A program made the position numbers and the translations under genes. A stretch of DNA of 64,000 nt, taken from the NCBI GenBank assembly GCA_965243205.1, contig CBDEUK010000002.1, forward strand, positions 1,248,001-1,312,000. Direction: 5' to 3'. How positions within the stretch are numbered: position 1 is the stretch's first letter; the number at the start of each line of letters is the position of its first letter. Below, in pieces: positions 29,451-39,282 of this stretch. Origin of the DNA: Gammaproteobacteria bacterium. Its GTDB lineage: Bacteria > Pseudomonadota > Gammaproteobacteria > Eutrophobiales > Eutrophobiaceae. The notes under the pieces are model-generated. The model had not been told where the DNA came from, made no database searches, and saw only the letters and a list, made by a program, of their open reading frames with translations.

Positions 29451-29535
29451 CCTAACAAGTTGCTCAAGTATACTCCGCCAGCTATGCTGGCTCCGCGGGA
29501 CGCGCAAAAGCGTACCCATTAGCAAAGCGTTATGT
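29450..29535 (+). repeat. attC site 2 (86 bp)
   Basis: ACCTAAC-aagttgctcaa...ttagcaaagc-GTTATGT with internal hairpins. Confidence 0.88.
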
Positions 29536-29553
29536 AAAAGGAGGTCGTGGTAA

Positions 29554-30204
29554 GTGACATGGTATGCAGCAGAAATTCTTGCGGAGCCTAGACCTGAGCT
29601 CTTGCAACGCCTAAGCGCATCGCCCTTACTATTAAAGCATCTCTATTTGCTAAAGGGAGAGTGTAACTATGAATTTCACAGCTCTGAAGTTGCGCATTCG
29701 TTTCCTGAACTTGGAATATTAGTGGCTGGCCATTTTTTTGAACCAGGAACACATGGCGAAAGCTGGTTTGACGAGAATTTTATCTCATGGCACGAGTTTT
29801 CTTCTCCTCCTTCACCAAGCTTAAGTTCACTTCTTAATAGATTAAAAGAAATAGAACCCATTGAGGCAGATGATTTTCCGCCTGAGGCCTTTCTGGGGTA
29901 CGTCGAAGCTCTATCAAGAGAATGCAAAGCTAACATTGGTTTTTATAATTGCTTTATGTGGGGTGGTGATATTGAATATGAGGTCACGTATCTATTTCTA
30001 CCAAATCAAGAGCCATCAGCGTTAATAACGAAAACCGGTATTGGCCACACAGTAGTAAGTCCCACGGATATCACTAACGTCAAAGGAAAAGATGCGTTGC
30101 AAAGCACATTGGTATATTTTGGGCTAGAGTTAGAGCAACCATTTTTTGCTCCTCATACTCGGGGTTTTAACTGGTCCCCTTATGCTTGTCATAAAATCAC
30201 ATAA
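29554..30204 (+). CDS. Cassette 3: hypothetical protein
   Basis: GTG start after AAGGAGGT RBS; stop codon lies within the R'' box of attC3. Confidence 0.75.
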   Translation: MTWYAAEILAEPRPELLQRLSASPLLLKHLYLLKGECNYEFHSSEVAHSFPELGILVAGHFFEPGTHGESWFDENFISWHEFSSPPSPSLSSLLNRLKEIEPIEADDFPPEAFLGYVEALSRECKANIGFYNCFMWGGDIEYEVTYLFLPNQEPSALITKTGIGHTVVSPTDITNVKGKDALQSTLVYFGLELEQPFFAPHTRGFNWSPYACHKIT

Positions 30205-30273
30205 TAATTGTATTCACATGGAAAATTTGTTCTGCTACACGCCGCAAATTCCCGGCGATGCAGTACGTTAGGC
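30199..30273 (+). repeat. attC site 3 (75 bp)
   Basis: ACATAAT-aattgtattcac...gcgatgcagtac-GTTAGGC. Confidence 0.8.
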
Positions 30274-30276
30274 TTT

Positions 30277-30672
30277 ATGAAAATCTTATTTTTAATTTTA
30301 TTAATCTCAATATCTTCTTGTTCAAAAGTAGATAATGAATATAAATCATTAATTGGGCATTGGACTTGGCATGTTGAGGATCAAGGATTTGGAGAATCTG
30401 GCTTTGTTAAACTTAATAAAGACAAAACCTACACATATTTAATTGAGTCATGGAATCCTACTGAAAAGTTAGCTTTAGATTTCACAGAAAACAATATGAA
30501 CTATTGGCATATAAATAATGAATCTATTTGTTTCAGTAATTCAAAAAATATTGATAGTATTTTAGAAAATAATTGTATATTTCAAATTAAATACTTAGGC
30601 AATTCAATATATAAGCCTTTTATTAAAGGTATTTTTTTACAAGGAGAAATAGAATTAAAGAAAGTAAAATGA
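30277..30672 (+). CDS. Cassette 4: putative lipoprotein
   Basis: ATG right after attC3; MKILFLILLISISSC lipobox-like signal. Confidence 0.7.
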   Translation: MKILFLILLISISSCSKVDNEYKSLIGHWTWHVEDQGFGESGFVKLNKDKTYTYLIESWNPTEKLALDFTENNMNYWHINNESICFSNSKNIDSILENNCIFQIKYLGNSIYKPFIKGIFLQGEIELKKVK

Positions 30673-30679
30673 CATTAAA

Positions 30680-30711
30680 GCCTAAAAACTCATTCCAGCG
30701 AACCGCTAGCT
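30680..30711 (+). repeat. attC site 4 (internally deleted)
   Basis: GCCTAAA-aactcattccagcgaacc-GCTAGCT; left half resembles attC1, right arm missing. Confidence 0.6.
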
Positions 30712-30715
30712 AGCA

Positions 30716-31609
30716 ATGAAAATTTTTCAAAGAAATCACATCAAAAAAATCACGATTATTTTACTTGTATTATTTGCATTAATTTTTAGCACATCCTGGC
30801 ATGTAGGAGGGAAACTTGTTGCTTCTACTAATCATCCTGTTTCGCCTCCAATAGATCTTAATATTTCTAAGTTTTCTATCGAAAGCGAATCTGGAGCTCA
30901 TATCGCTGGTTGGCATATCCCTCTAGATGATCCTAAAGGTATAGTTATGTTGTTACATGGGATTAGAAGCTCACGTTCTGCAATGATCGAGCGCGCACGT
31001 TTATTTAATAGAAACGGCTTTGCGGTAATGATGATCGACTTTCAAGCTCATGGTGAAAGCCTAGGTGAAACCATTACAATTGGTCATCTTGAGAAACATG
31101 ATGTTGTTGCTTTAGTTAATTATACTCGGAAATTATATGCATCTTTACCAATCGTCACTTTAGGAGTTTCAATGGGAGGAGCTGCAGCCTTACTCGCATC
31201 ACCGCTAAATGTAGACGCACTAATTCTCGAATCGGTATACCCTGACATACGAACAGCGGTAAAAAACAGAGTTCGAAAACGCGTTGGGCCACTCTATTGG
31301 ATACCATCTGAATTACTTCTGGCCCAACTGGGCCCCAGACTAGGAATAGAACTACACGAGCTACGACCAATTGATTACATAGAGAAAGTTAATTGCCCTG
31401 TATTCATAATTTCAGGCCTTGAAGATCAACATACTACTATCGAAGACACAAATACTATTTTCGAAAATGCCGCTCAACCAAAAGAATTATGGTTGATAGA
31501 GAATGCAGGGCATATTGATTTATATAACGCTGCCAAAGAGGAATATGAATCTAAAATAATCAATTTTCTCAATGAACATATTGAAGTACTAAATCAAGAT
31601 ACCAGCTAA
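30716..31609 (+). CDS. Cassette 5: alpha/beta hydrolase (ABHD13/17-like)
   Basis: LLHG, DFQAHGES, GVSMGG, AGH. Confidence 0.85.
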   Translation: MKIFQRNHIKKITIILLVLFALIFSTSWHVGGKLVASTNHPVSPPIDLNISKFSIESESGAHIAGWHIPLDDPKGIVMLLHGIRSSRSAMIERARLFNRNGFAVMMIDFQAHGESLGETITIGHLEKHDVVALVNYTRKLYASLPIVTLGVSMGGAAALLASPLNVDALILESVYPDIRTAVKNRVRKRVGPLYWIPSELLLAQLGPRLGIELHELRPIDYIEKVNCPVFIISGLEDQHTTIEDTNTIFENAAQPKELWLIENAGHIDLYNAAKEEYESKIINFLNEHIEVLNQDTS

Positions 31610-31661
31610 CAAATCATCCTAGCCGATCGCTAACGTGACAAACTAGATTCGAATTTTATAT
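31604..31661 (+). repeat. attC site 5 (degenerate, 58 bp)
   Basis: AGCTAAC-aaatcatcctagccgatcgctaacg...ctagattcgaat-TTTATAT; same length as attC1. Confidence 0.55.
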
Positions 31662-31677
31662 ATAAGAGAGTTAAATA

Positions 31678-32088
31678 ATGTTTATAGTATCAATTATTGT
31701 AGCAAGTGTTTTAAGCTTCGTAGCCCTACTTCATTTTTATTGGTCATTCGGTGGGTTATATGGATTACACTCAGCAGGTCCTAAATTAGAAGGAGAAAAA
31801 GATTTTGTTCCTCCTAAATTTATTATTTTTATAGTTGCATGTTTAATAGCGGGACTTGCCGCACTCGCTATTCTATTAGAAGTTCCAAATATACCTTTTA
31901 AAAATATGCTGACTTATATTGGATACTTAGTATCAGTAGTTTTTATTCTTCGTTCTATCGGTGATTTTAAGTATGTTGGATTTTTTAAGACTATATATAA
32001 CAGCAATTTTTCTAAAAATGATACTTTCTTCTTTTCCCCTTTATGCTTAATGTTGGGCATTGCATTTGCAATATTATCAAAATATTAG
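31678..32088 (+). CDS. DUF3995-like membrane protein
   Basis: LHFYWSFGG, LRSIGDFKYVGFFK, FSPLCL. Confidence 0.75.
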   Translation: MFIVSIIVASVLSFVALLHFYWSFGGLYGLHSAGPKLEGEKDFVPPKFIIFIVACLIAGLAALAILLEVPNIPFKNMLTYIGYLVSVVFILRSIGDFKYVGFFKTIYNSNFSKNDTFFFSPLCLMLGIAFAILSKY

Positions 32089-32109
32089 ATTTTTATTGGT
32101 AAAATAAAA

Positions 32110-32841
32110 ATGGTCAAAGCCTACAAATATTTCATTACAATGCCTTTAGTCAAATTTCTTATTTTACTATTAATATTGATCTCAGCTTCTGTACAAGCCG
32201 ATTGTGTGATTTTACTTCATGGCCTTGCGCGCACATCTTCTTCAATGGAAAAAATAGCTAACGCACTTGAAGAGAAAAAATTCTCTGTTGTGAATGTTGA
32301 TTACCCATCACGAAAGCATCCAATATCTGAACTAGCAACTATGGCCATCGAATCAGGACTTAAGGATTGTCCGCAAGATGGTAATAAACATTTTGTAACG
32401 CATTCGCTAGGCGGGATTCTAATTCGACAATATCTTTCAAATAAAAAGATAAAGAACCTTGGGCGAGTTATTATGATAGCGCCACCTAATCAAGGCAGTG
32501 AGGTAGTCGATAATTGGCGTAATGTTCCTGGTTTTAAAACACTTAATGGTCCTGCAGGTTTGCAACTGGGGACTGATAAAGAAAGCATTCCTCGTCAATT
32601 AGGTCCTGTTGATTTTGAGGTCGGTATTATCGCGGGCAATACCACATTTAATCCAATATTATCATTATCACTTCCAAATCCAGACGATGGTAAAGTTTCT
32701 GTAGAAAGTACTAAAGTAAAAGGCATGTCTGATTTTGTTGTGGTTCCTCATTCTCATCCTTTTATTATGCGTGCATCTATTGTCATAGAACATGTACTTT
32801 CATTTTTAAAAACAGGTCGTTTTGTTCGCGATGAAAAATAA
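32110..32841 (+). CDS. Secreted alpha/beta hydrolase (lipase/esterase-like)
   Basis: LLHGLAR, THSLGG, PPNQGS, DDGKVSV. Confidence 0.85.
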   Translation: MVKAYKYFITMPLVKFLILLLILISASVQADCVILLHGLARTSSSMEKIANALEEKKFSVVNVDYPSRKHPISELATMAIESGLKDCPQDGNKHFVTHSLGGILIRQYLSNKKIKNLGRVIMIAPPNQGSEVVDNWRNVPGFKTLNGPAGLQLGTDKESIPRQLGPVDFEVGIIAGNTTFNPILSLSLPNPDDGKVSVESTKVKGMSDFVVVPHSHPFIMRASIVIEHVLSFLKTGRFVRDEK

Positions 32842-33247
32842 TACAAACTATGGAGTAAATGACAGCTCTTATAAAGCAGCAGGTGAATTAGTAGGTATCA
32901 CTCAACTCGTGAATGTTTTTTATGATTATATGGATAGCCTGCCAGAAGCCAATAAAATTCGTCACATGCACCCTGATGATTTAACTGAATCACGTAAAAA
33001 ATTGACGTATTTTTTATGCGGTTGGATGGGAGGCCCAAGGTTGTTTTCAGAACATTATGGTCCTATTAATATTCCAAAATTCCATCAGTATTTAGAGATT
33101 GGTACTGCCGAACGTGATGCTTGGCTATTATGTATGGAAAAAGCGATTTCCGAACAACCTTATGAAGATTCTTTCAAGGAATACTTAATCGAGCAAATTC
33201 GAATTCCTGCAGAACGAGTTAGAGCAATGAGCCAATCCGAAGAATAA
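32831..33247 (+). CDS. Group II truncated hemoglobin
   Basis: LVNVFYDYM, FLCGWMGGPRLF, ERDAWLLCM. Confidence 0.85.
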   Translation: MKNNTNYGVNDSSYKAAGELVGITQLVNVFYDYMDSLPEANKIRHMHPDDLTESRKKLTYFLCGWMGGPRLFSEHYGPINIPKFHQYLEIGTAERDAWLLCMEKAISEQPYEDSFKEYLIEQIRIPAERVRAMSQSEE

Positions 33248-33256
33248 AGAACTTTT

Positions 33257-33634
33257 ATGATATTGAAAAATATACATATCATCTGTGCTTATGTAACTGG
33301 CATAGGTTTCTTATTACGCGGCATATTGTTATTAATGAATAGTCCACTAAGCAAACATCGTTTGACTAAGGTATTACCTCATATCATTGATATTTGTTTA
33401 TTGCTGAGTGGAATTACTATGGCTATCAGTCTTTCACTTTCTCCAAATAATCAACCTTGGCTAATGGCTAAATTAATCGCATTGTTTTTGTATATAGGAT
33501 TTGGGTTATTGATGATTCGTTATGGTAAGATTGACACACGAAAATGGATTGGATTAATTGGGGGCATGAGCATATATGTTTATATAGTTGGTGTAGCACA
33601 CAGTAAATCCATTTATTCTTTTTTATCATTGTAA
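33257..33634 (+). CDS. SirB2 family membrane protein
   Basis: LKNIH, PHIIDICLLLSG, WLMAKLIAL..YI. Confidence 0.8.
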   Translation: MILKNIHIICAYVTGIGFLLRGILLLMNSPLSKHRLTKVLPHIIDICLLLSGITMAISLSLSPNNQPWLMAKLIALFLYIGFGLLMIRYGKIDTRKWIGLIGGMSIYVYIVGVAHSKSIYSFLSL

Positions 33635-33654
33635 TAATTATTTTTTTGCACCTA

Positions 33655-35193
33655 CTAATTAAATAAACTCATCTGTTCATCTTTTTTCTTTGAAGTCTTT
33701 TTTCGTTTAACTGGACGCTTTCGGCTGCCGAGTTTTCGATATACTTTATTTGCTTTGTCACGAAAATCTTCCTGCGCTTTAACCTTGGCGATTTTTTCTT
33801 TGGCTAAGCGTATAGATTCAAGATGTTCAACAATAGGCATGGGGTAATCTTCGCCGATAATACAAGCTGCTTGTTGTTGTTCTAAACAATCCATCTTCCA
33901 AGGTTCATGAATCCATAGCTCTGAAACATTCTTTAATTCAGGCACCCATTTTCTAATAAAAACACCTTGTGGGTCATGCTCTTCAGATTGTTTTATCGGA
34001 TTATAAATACGTAAGGTATTAATCCCTGTCACCCCCGATTGCATTTGTAACTGGCTATAATGAATACCTGGTTCATAGTCGGTAAACAGTTTTGCTAAGT
34101 GATAACCTGTCTTACGCCAATCCAACCACAATTGATAACTGGCAAAACTCACTAACATAGCGCGCATACGAAACGTAATCCAACCTTCATGAATTAAATT
34201 ACGCATGCAAGCATCGATCATAGGATAACCTGTGTTACCAGTTGCCCAAGCTTGATAATAGGCTTCGTTATGCTCTGTTTCTCGCATGCCTTCATATGCA
34301 GGATGCATACATTCATATTCAATAGAGGGTTGGTCTTCTATTTTTTGAATAAAATGACAACGCCATGATAAACGTGAATAAAATGCAGAGTAATGACGCT
34401 TCCATTGTTTAAACTCTTGTTCATCCAATTGCTCTGCGCGATTTTCAGTCGACCTTAATATTTCTTTTACTGAGAGTGTTCCCCATGCTAAATGCGGTGA
34501 TAACCGAGAACAATGAATTTCTGAGGCACCCGGCGCTGATAATCGATATAAATACTCTTTACCTCTTACTTCCAAGAACGACTTTAACGTTTGAATAGCC
34601 GCTCTCCTACCGCCTTCTTGAACTATACCCGGTACAGCATTACCAAACATCGAAGCATCTTTTGATGGCACTTCGCCTAACGGTATTTCTTGAACAGACT
34701 TTAATTGATTAGGTTTTACTATTAATGGTTCTTCCATACGTTTATTACGTATCTTTGACCAATCATCACGATTTTTTAGTCGCCTGACTACTCCGTTGGT
34801 TGGAGATTCATTGAAATGTATTTTATTTTCATGACACCATTTAATAACACGTTTATCTCTTTCAAACGTCCAACCATTACCGTTTTCTTCATGTGCAAAA
34901 ATTTGCTTGATTTCAAATTGTGATATTAATGATTCAAACACTTCAATAACATCTCCTACTCGTATCACCAATGACTGTCCTAATTCTGCGCAGTCATTAC
35001 GTAATTCAACTAAACAATCATGGATAAAACACCAATGTCGTCTAGAAGCAAACGATTGTTGCCAATATTCAGGTTCAACAATATATAACGGTAAGGTTGG
35101 GAGTTTAGATTGAGAAGCAGAATATAAAGGAACATGATCATGTATTCGTAGATCACGTTTAAACCAAACAATGTTAATTTGATTTTTACTCAT
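33655..35193 (-). CDS. Cryptochrome/photolyase family protein (FAD-binding)
   Basis: [45 protein letters not shown]. Confidence 0.9.
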   Translation of the reverse strand: MSKNQINIVWFKRDLRIHDHVPLYSASQSKLPTLPLYIVEPEYWQQSFASRRHWCFIHDCLVELRNDCAELGQSLVIRVGDVIEVFESLISQFEIKQIFAHEENGNGWTFERDKRVIKWCHENKIHFNESPTNGVVRRLKNRDDWSKIRNKRMEEPLIVKPNQLKSVQEIPLGEVPSKDASMFGNAVPGIVQEGGRRAAIQTLKSFLEVRGKEYLYRLSAPGASEIHCSRLSPHLAWGTLSVKEILRSTENRAEQLDEQEFKQWKRHYSAFYSRLSWRCHFIQKIEDQPSIEYECMHPAYEGMRETEHNEAYYQAWATGNTGYPMIDACMRNLIHEGWITFRMRAMLVSFASYQLWLDWRKTGYHLAKLFTDYEPGIHYSQLQMQSGVTGINTLRIYNPIKQSEEHDPQGVFIRKWVPELKNVSELWIHEPWKMDCLEQQQAACIIGEDYPMPIVEHLESIRLAKEKIAKVKAQEDFRDKANKVYRKLGSRKRPVKRKKTSKKKDEQMSLFN

Positions 35194-35330
35194 ACTGTTT
35201 TTTTATTCGTTCGCCTACAACGTTCTGAACAGTATTTCACGTCACTCCATACCTTTGCCCACTTTTTACGCCAAGCAAAAGGTCTTTCACACACAACACA
35301 AATCTTACTGGGTAAATTAGACTTCTTCAT
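35190..35330 (-). CDS. DUF2256 small zinc-finger-like protein (46 aa, not in the ORF track)
   Basis: [46 protein letters not shown]; overlaps both photolyase genes. Confidence 0.9.
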   Translation of the reverse strand: MKKSNLPSKICVVCERPFAWRKKWAKVWSDVKYCSERCRRTNKKTV

Positions 35331-36852
35331 GATTATCCAATGCATTAAAGAATGATTTGCTATCTTGTTTGATCATTTTAATTTTTTCGACATCCATTCG
35401 ATCGAGTGTTTTATAAATCATGGCTAACCGCTGATTGGTTTTTAATTTAGCACGATTGCGAATCAGAAAATCCCAATACAAATAATTGAATGGACAAGCA
35501 TCATGACCATTTTTTCGAGTCACGCTATATTCACAGGATTTACAATAATCCGACATTTTATTGATATAAGCACCACTGGCAGCATATGGCTTTGAACCTA
35601 ATAATCCTTTATCCGCAAATAAAATCATGCCTGTCACATTAGGCATTTCAACCCATTCAAAGGCATCGGCATAGACAATTAAATACCATTCATTAACTTC
35701 ATCAGGATGTATCCCTGTTATTAACGCAAAATTGCCTAACACCATTAAACGTTGGATATGATGAGCGTATGCATTTTCTTTGGTTTCTTTAACGCATTGC
35801 TTAAGGCAATTCATTTTAGTATGGCTACCCCAATATAAGTCAGGAAGCTTGCGTTGAGAATTAAGAAAGTTTTCTTGCTTATACTCAGGCATTTTTAACC
35901 AATAGATACCTCGGACGTATTCACGCCAGCCAAGTATTTGTCGAATAAAACCTTCAACTGCATTCAGTGGTGCGGTCCCATCATGATAAGCCTGCTCAGC
36001 TTTTTCAATACATTCCATTGGCAAAAGTAAGCCGCAGTTCAAATAGAAACTTAAATGACTGTGATATAACCAGGACTCACCCTGCAGCATTGCATCTTGA
36101 TAATCACCAAAATTCACTAATCGTTGTTGAATAAATTGATTCAAGGCTTTTAATGCTTGTTTTCTAGTTACTGCAAAATGAAATGGTTCTAGATCACCAA
36201 AATGATCTGAAAACTTATTTGAAACTAACTTTATAACCTGTTGTGTAATAGCATCAGGTTTAGCGCTGTATGTTTTGGGAATATCGAATTCTGTTTTAAT
36301 GGGTTTTCTATTGTCACTGTCATAATTCCATTTACCACCAATAGGTTTATCACCTTCTATTAATATTGAATATTTTTTTCGCATCTCTCGATAAAAATAT
36401 TCCATGCGTAACTGTTTACGATCTTTGGCCCAAGTTTGAAATTCTTTATGTGTGCAAAGAAATCTCGAATCAGATCGAATATCTACAGGAATTTTAAACG
36501 CCTCGCTCCATGATTCTATATCTTTAAGAACTCTGTATTCTCCAGGTTCAGTAATAATAATCTTCTCAGGTTTATATTGTTTTATCGCACGTTCGACTTC
36601 ACCATAAAACGAACCTGAATTATCTTTATCATCTAATTTTATATATTGAACTCGAAAACCTTTATTTAATAATTCTTCACAAAAATGTCGCATCGCTGAA
36701 AATAAAAAAGCAATTTTCTTTTTATGATGTTTAACATAAGAAACTTCTTGATTAACTTCACACATCAAAATCAGGTCATCCGCTTTATCAATAGAAGATA
36801 AACTGGATATGTTTAAATTGAGCTGATCGCCCAAAATGACGTGTAAATTCAT
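35317..36852 (-). CDS. Fe-S bacterial cryptochrome/(6-4) photolyase (PhrB/CryB-like)
   Basis: LGDQL, HHKKKI, GGKWNYD, AHHIQRLM, Cys set MNC..DYCKSC..ACPF. Confidence 0.9.
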   Translation of the reverse strand: MNLHVILGDQLNLNISSLSSIDKADDLILMCEVNQEVSYVKHHKKKIAFLFSAMRHFCEELLNKGFRVQYIKLDDKDNSGSFYGEVERAIKQYKPEKIIITEPGEYRVLKDIESWSEAFKIPVDIRSDSRFLCTHKEFQTWAKDRKQLRMEYFYREMRKKYSILIEGDKPIGGKWNYDSDNRKPIKTEFDIPKTYSAKPDAITQQVIKLVSNKFSDHFGDLEPFHFAVTRKQALKALNQFIQQRLVNFGDYQDAMLQGESWLYHSHLSFYLNCGLLLPMECIEKAEQAYHDGTAPLNAVEGFIRQILGWREYVRGIYWLKMPEYKQENFLNSQRKLPDLYWGSHTKMNCLKQCVKETKENAYAHHIQRLMVLGNFALITGIHPDEVNEWYLIVYADAFEWVEMPNVTGMILFADKGLLGSKPYAASGAYINKMSDYCKSCEYSVTRKNGHDACPFNYLYWDFLIRNRAKLKTNQRLAMIYKTLDRMDVEKIKMIKQDSKSFFNALDNHEEV

Positions 36853-36856
36853 CGGT

Positions 36857-36902
36857 TAGATACTGTATCTATTTATACTAAAAATGAAGGTTTAGTATAA
36901 AT
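36857..36902. promoter_or_regulatory. Two adjacent palindromes just upstream of the photolyase operon
   Basis: TAGATAC-T-GTATCTA and ATTTATACTAAA-N8-TTTAGTATAAAT. Confidence 0.5.
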
Positions 36903-37002
36903 ATCAAGCTCAGACAACTTAAATTAACTGCCTTAATGTCTAATACAGAATAGTTGGAAACAGTTGAGGAATTAACTAAAACAAAAAATTAAGAGAAATA
37001 GT

Positions 37003-37731
37003 TTATAGCTTCTTTTTATAAGCCAGCGCAAAAAGACTACTAATAAATAACCAAAATGCTGCTGGAACAGGAATTGGTGCTGGAGAAACTTCAAGGCCTA
37101 AAATTTTATAAGCATCTTCAGGACTGTTAATGTCAGCACCTGTTAATAATAAATACTGTCCAGTACCGCTTAACAGATGTGTAAATGGATTAAAACTACG
37201 ACTGGTGTATTTAATTGTAGAATCACCAAAAATACCATCTAAGTCATCAAAACCTAATATAGTTAAATCGGGTAGAGTGTTACCTATCCAATACTGAATA
37301 TCACGATCATTAATATTGTCGTTCCGACTATTTTTATAGGGATCAACAGTAATTGACTCAAACTCAACAGCTTGATCAAATTCAAACACAATTAAATCTT
37401 TATCAGCAACCGTATCAATCTCGTGCTCACTGTAGACACAGCCATTGCCGATGGTACCTTCAGATTGATTACACACACCAAGACCAACATTCCAACTGTA
37501 TACTTCAGCTGTTTCGAATAAAGGATTATTATTCGTACCACCTGTTTCACCATAGCCAGTCACTGTTACACCAATACCATCAGAAGAAAATTCTAAAGAG
37601 TTACCATAACCACCGCCATTGGCGCCTTCATAACGCAGATCAATCATCGCAGCGTTTGTTTGAATTGAATAAAGGAATACTGACAACAAGCTTCCTAAAA
37701 AGAAGCTATTTGATAAAGACATCTCATCCAC
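37003..37731 (-). CDS. PEP-CTERM/VPLPA-CTERM-type exosortase substrate
   Basis: Signal peptide; C-terminal PIPVPAAFWLF-TM-KKKL. Confidence 0.8.
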   Translation of the reverse strand: MDEMSLSNSFFLGSLLSVFLYSIQTNAAMIDLRYEGANGGGYGNSLEFSSDGIGVTVTGYGETGGTNNNPLFETAEVYSWNVGLGVCNQSEGTIGNGCVYSEHEIDTVADKDLIVFEFDQAVEFESITVDPYKNSRNDNINDRDIQYWIGNTLPDLTILGFDDLDGIFGDSTIKYTSRSFNPFTHLLSGTGQYLLLTGADINSPEDAYKILGLEVSPAPIPVPAAFWLFISSLFALAYKKKL

Positions 37732-37919
37732 CCCAGGATTACATAGAAATTGTATTAATCTTTTAATTGTATTTATTTAGTGATTAATTTTTTCATACAT
37801 GAATGACATAAGCATTACACTATTGGCTAAAAATTAATCATTCTGTATAAATTCTATACATTTTAAGGAATTTAGTGAAAATTATCTTAGGAAAATTTCC
37901 CGATAAAAATGATAGGTAA

Positions 37920-38246
37920 CTAATTGATTGTTTTTTTGACGGCTTGGACTAGCACCCAAGGTTTGACAACGACAGACCAAATATCTTCTTTTGATTCTGC
38001 CCAGTGCGCAGCCTGTTCATCGAAACTTCTTAAAATTTTTCCTTGTTCGATCCATTGTTCCACTTGTTGAGTATTATCTTCTGATAAGTGATAGGCCACT
38101 TTTATGAGATCGAGTTCAGGGTGAACATAAATCATCATGCCTTTGGCATAAAACAATTCAATCTCCTTCCAAACAACCTTGGCTGTTTCTGCATGGATTT
38201 TAAATTTTTCTTCGGCTTCGACTTGTTGGAGTTCTTCTTCTAGCAT
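37920..38246 (-). CDS. DUF2288 family protein
   Basis: [27 protein letters not shown]. Confidence 0.8.
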   Translation of the reverse strand: MLEEELQQVEAEEKFKIHAETAKVVWKEIELFYAKGMMIYVHPELDLIKVAYHLSEDNTQQVEQWIEQGKILRSFDEQAAHWAESKEDIWSVVVKPWVLVQAVKKTIN

Positions 38247-39282
38247 ATGTATTCTTTTTTTGTTCTGTATCTTTTTTTACAGTATTACCTTCAGTATTTT
38301 CAATTTTTTCTGTTTTATCTTTTACTTTTCCAACTTCGGTATTACCAGCTGCTTGTAAATCAGCGTGATACGAAGAACGTACCATAGGACCACTAGCAAC
38401 ATTGATAAAACCAATCTCTTTCGCATAATCTCCTAGTTCATCAAATTCTTCAGGAGAAACGAAACGTTCAACTGGCAAATGGAAACGACTTGGCTGTAAA
38501 TACTGACCTAAGGTAATACCATCGCAATTATGCGCTCTTAAATCTTGCATCACTTGTTTTACTTCTTCGATAGTTTCACCTAAGCCTAACATCAAACCGG
38601 ATTTTGTGGGTACAGTCGGATGTTGTACTTTAAACGCTTGAATCAAATTTAACGACCATTGGTAATCCGCACCCGGCCTCACTTTACGATACAGTGAAGG
38701 AACTGACTCAAGATTATGATTAAACACATCAGGTGGTTCTTTTTCTAATGCTGCTAAAGCAGGCTCTAACCGCTTTCGAAAATCCGGAACTAATATCTCA
38801 ACGGTAATACCTGGTGATGCTTTTCGAACTTCATGTATACATTGTGCAAAATGATTCGCACCACCATCTTTTAAGTCATCTCGATCAACTGATGTAATTA
38901 CCACATATTTTAATTTCATCAATTGAATTGCTGTTGCTAGATTAACTGGTTCATCTTTATCTAATGCATTTGGTCTACCATGTGCTACATCACAGAACGG
39001 ACAACGACGAGTACATAAATCACCCATGATCATAAAAGTTGCAGTGCCATGGCCAAAACATTCACCTAGGTTTGGGCATGCGGCTTCTTCACAGACAGTA
39101 TGAAGTTTTTTTTCTCGAATTAATTGTTTAAGTTCTAAAACTTTAGGATCAGTTGGTGCTTTAGCGCGGATCCAAGTCGGCTTACGTTTTAAAGGCCCTT
39201 CAGTCGGCATAACTTTATTTGGCTTAGCCGTTTTAAGCTCGCCGCGTTGCTCGCGTGTCGGTGTATTTTCTGTATGGTTCAT
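38200..39282 (-). CDS. lipA: Lipoyl synthase
   Basis: [26 protein letters not shown]. Confidence 0.97.
   Translation of the reverse strand: MNHTENTPTREQRGELKTAKPNKVMPTEGPLKRKPTWIRAKAPTDPKVLELKQLIREKKLHTVCEEAACPNLGECFGHGTATFMIMGDLCTRRCPFCDVAHGRPNALDKDEPVNLATAIQLMKLKYVVITSVDRDDLKDGGANHFAQCIHEVRKASPGITVEILVPDFRKRLEPALAALEKEPPDVFNHNLESVPSLYRKVRPGADYQWSLNLIQAFKVQHPTVPTKSGLMLGLGETIEEVKQVMQDLRAHNCDGITLGQYLQPSRFHLPVERFVSPEEFDELGDYAKEIGFINVASGPMVRSSYHADLQAAGNTEVGKVKDKTEKIENTEGNTVKKDTEQKKNTYARRRTPTSRSRRKI

Larger units (their letters stand above)
28490..31661 (+). mobile_element. Integron cassette array lacking an integrase (CALIN), at least five cassettes
   Basis: Co-oriented unrelated ORFs, each followed by an RYYYAAC...GTTRRRY attC; each cassette's left GTTRRRY is complementary to its own right-hand R'' box. 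Confidence 0.88.

Noticed and set aside
30208-30276. Upstream TTG start given for the cassette 4 ORF
   Set aside because: It lies within attC3; ATG 30277 gives a proper lipoprotein signal.
28846-31661. CRISPR array interpretation of the recurring intergenic repeats
   Set aside because: The repeats are divergent, gene-spaced and have attC core boxes; there are no identical repeats with short spacers and no cas genes.
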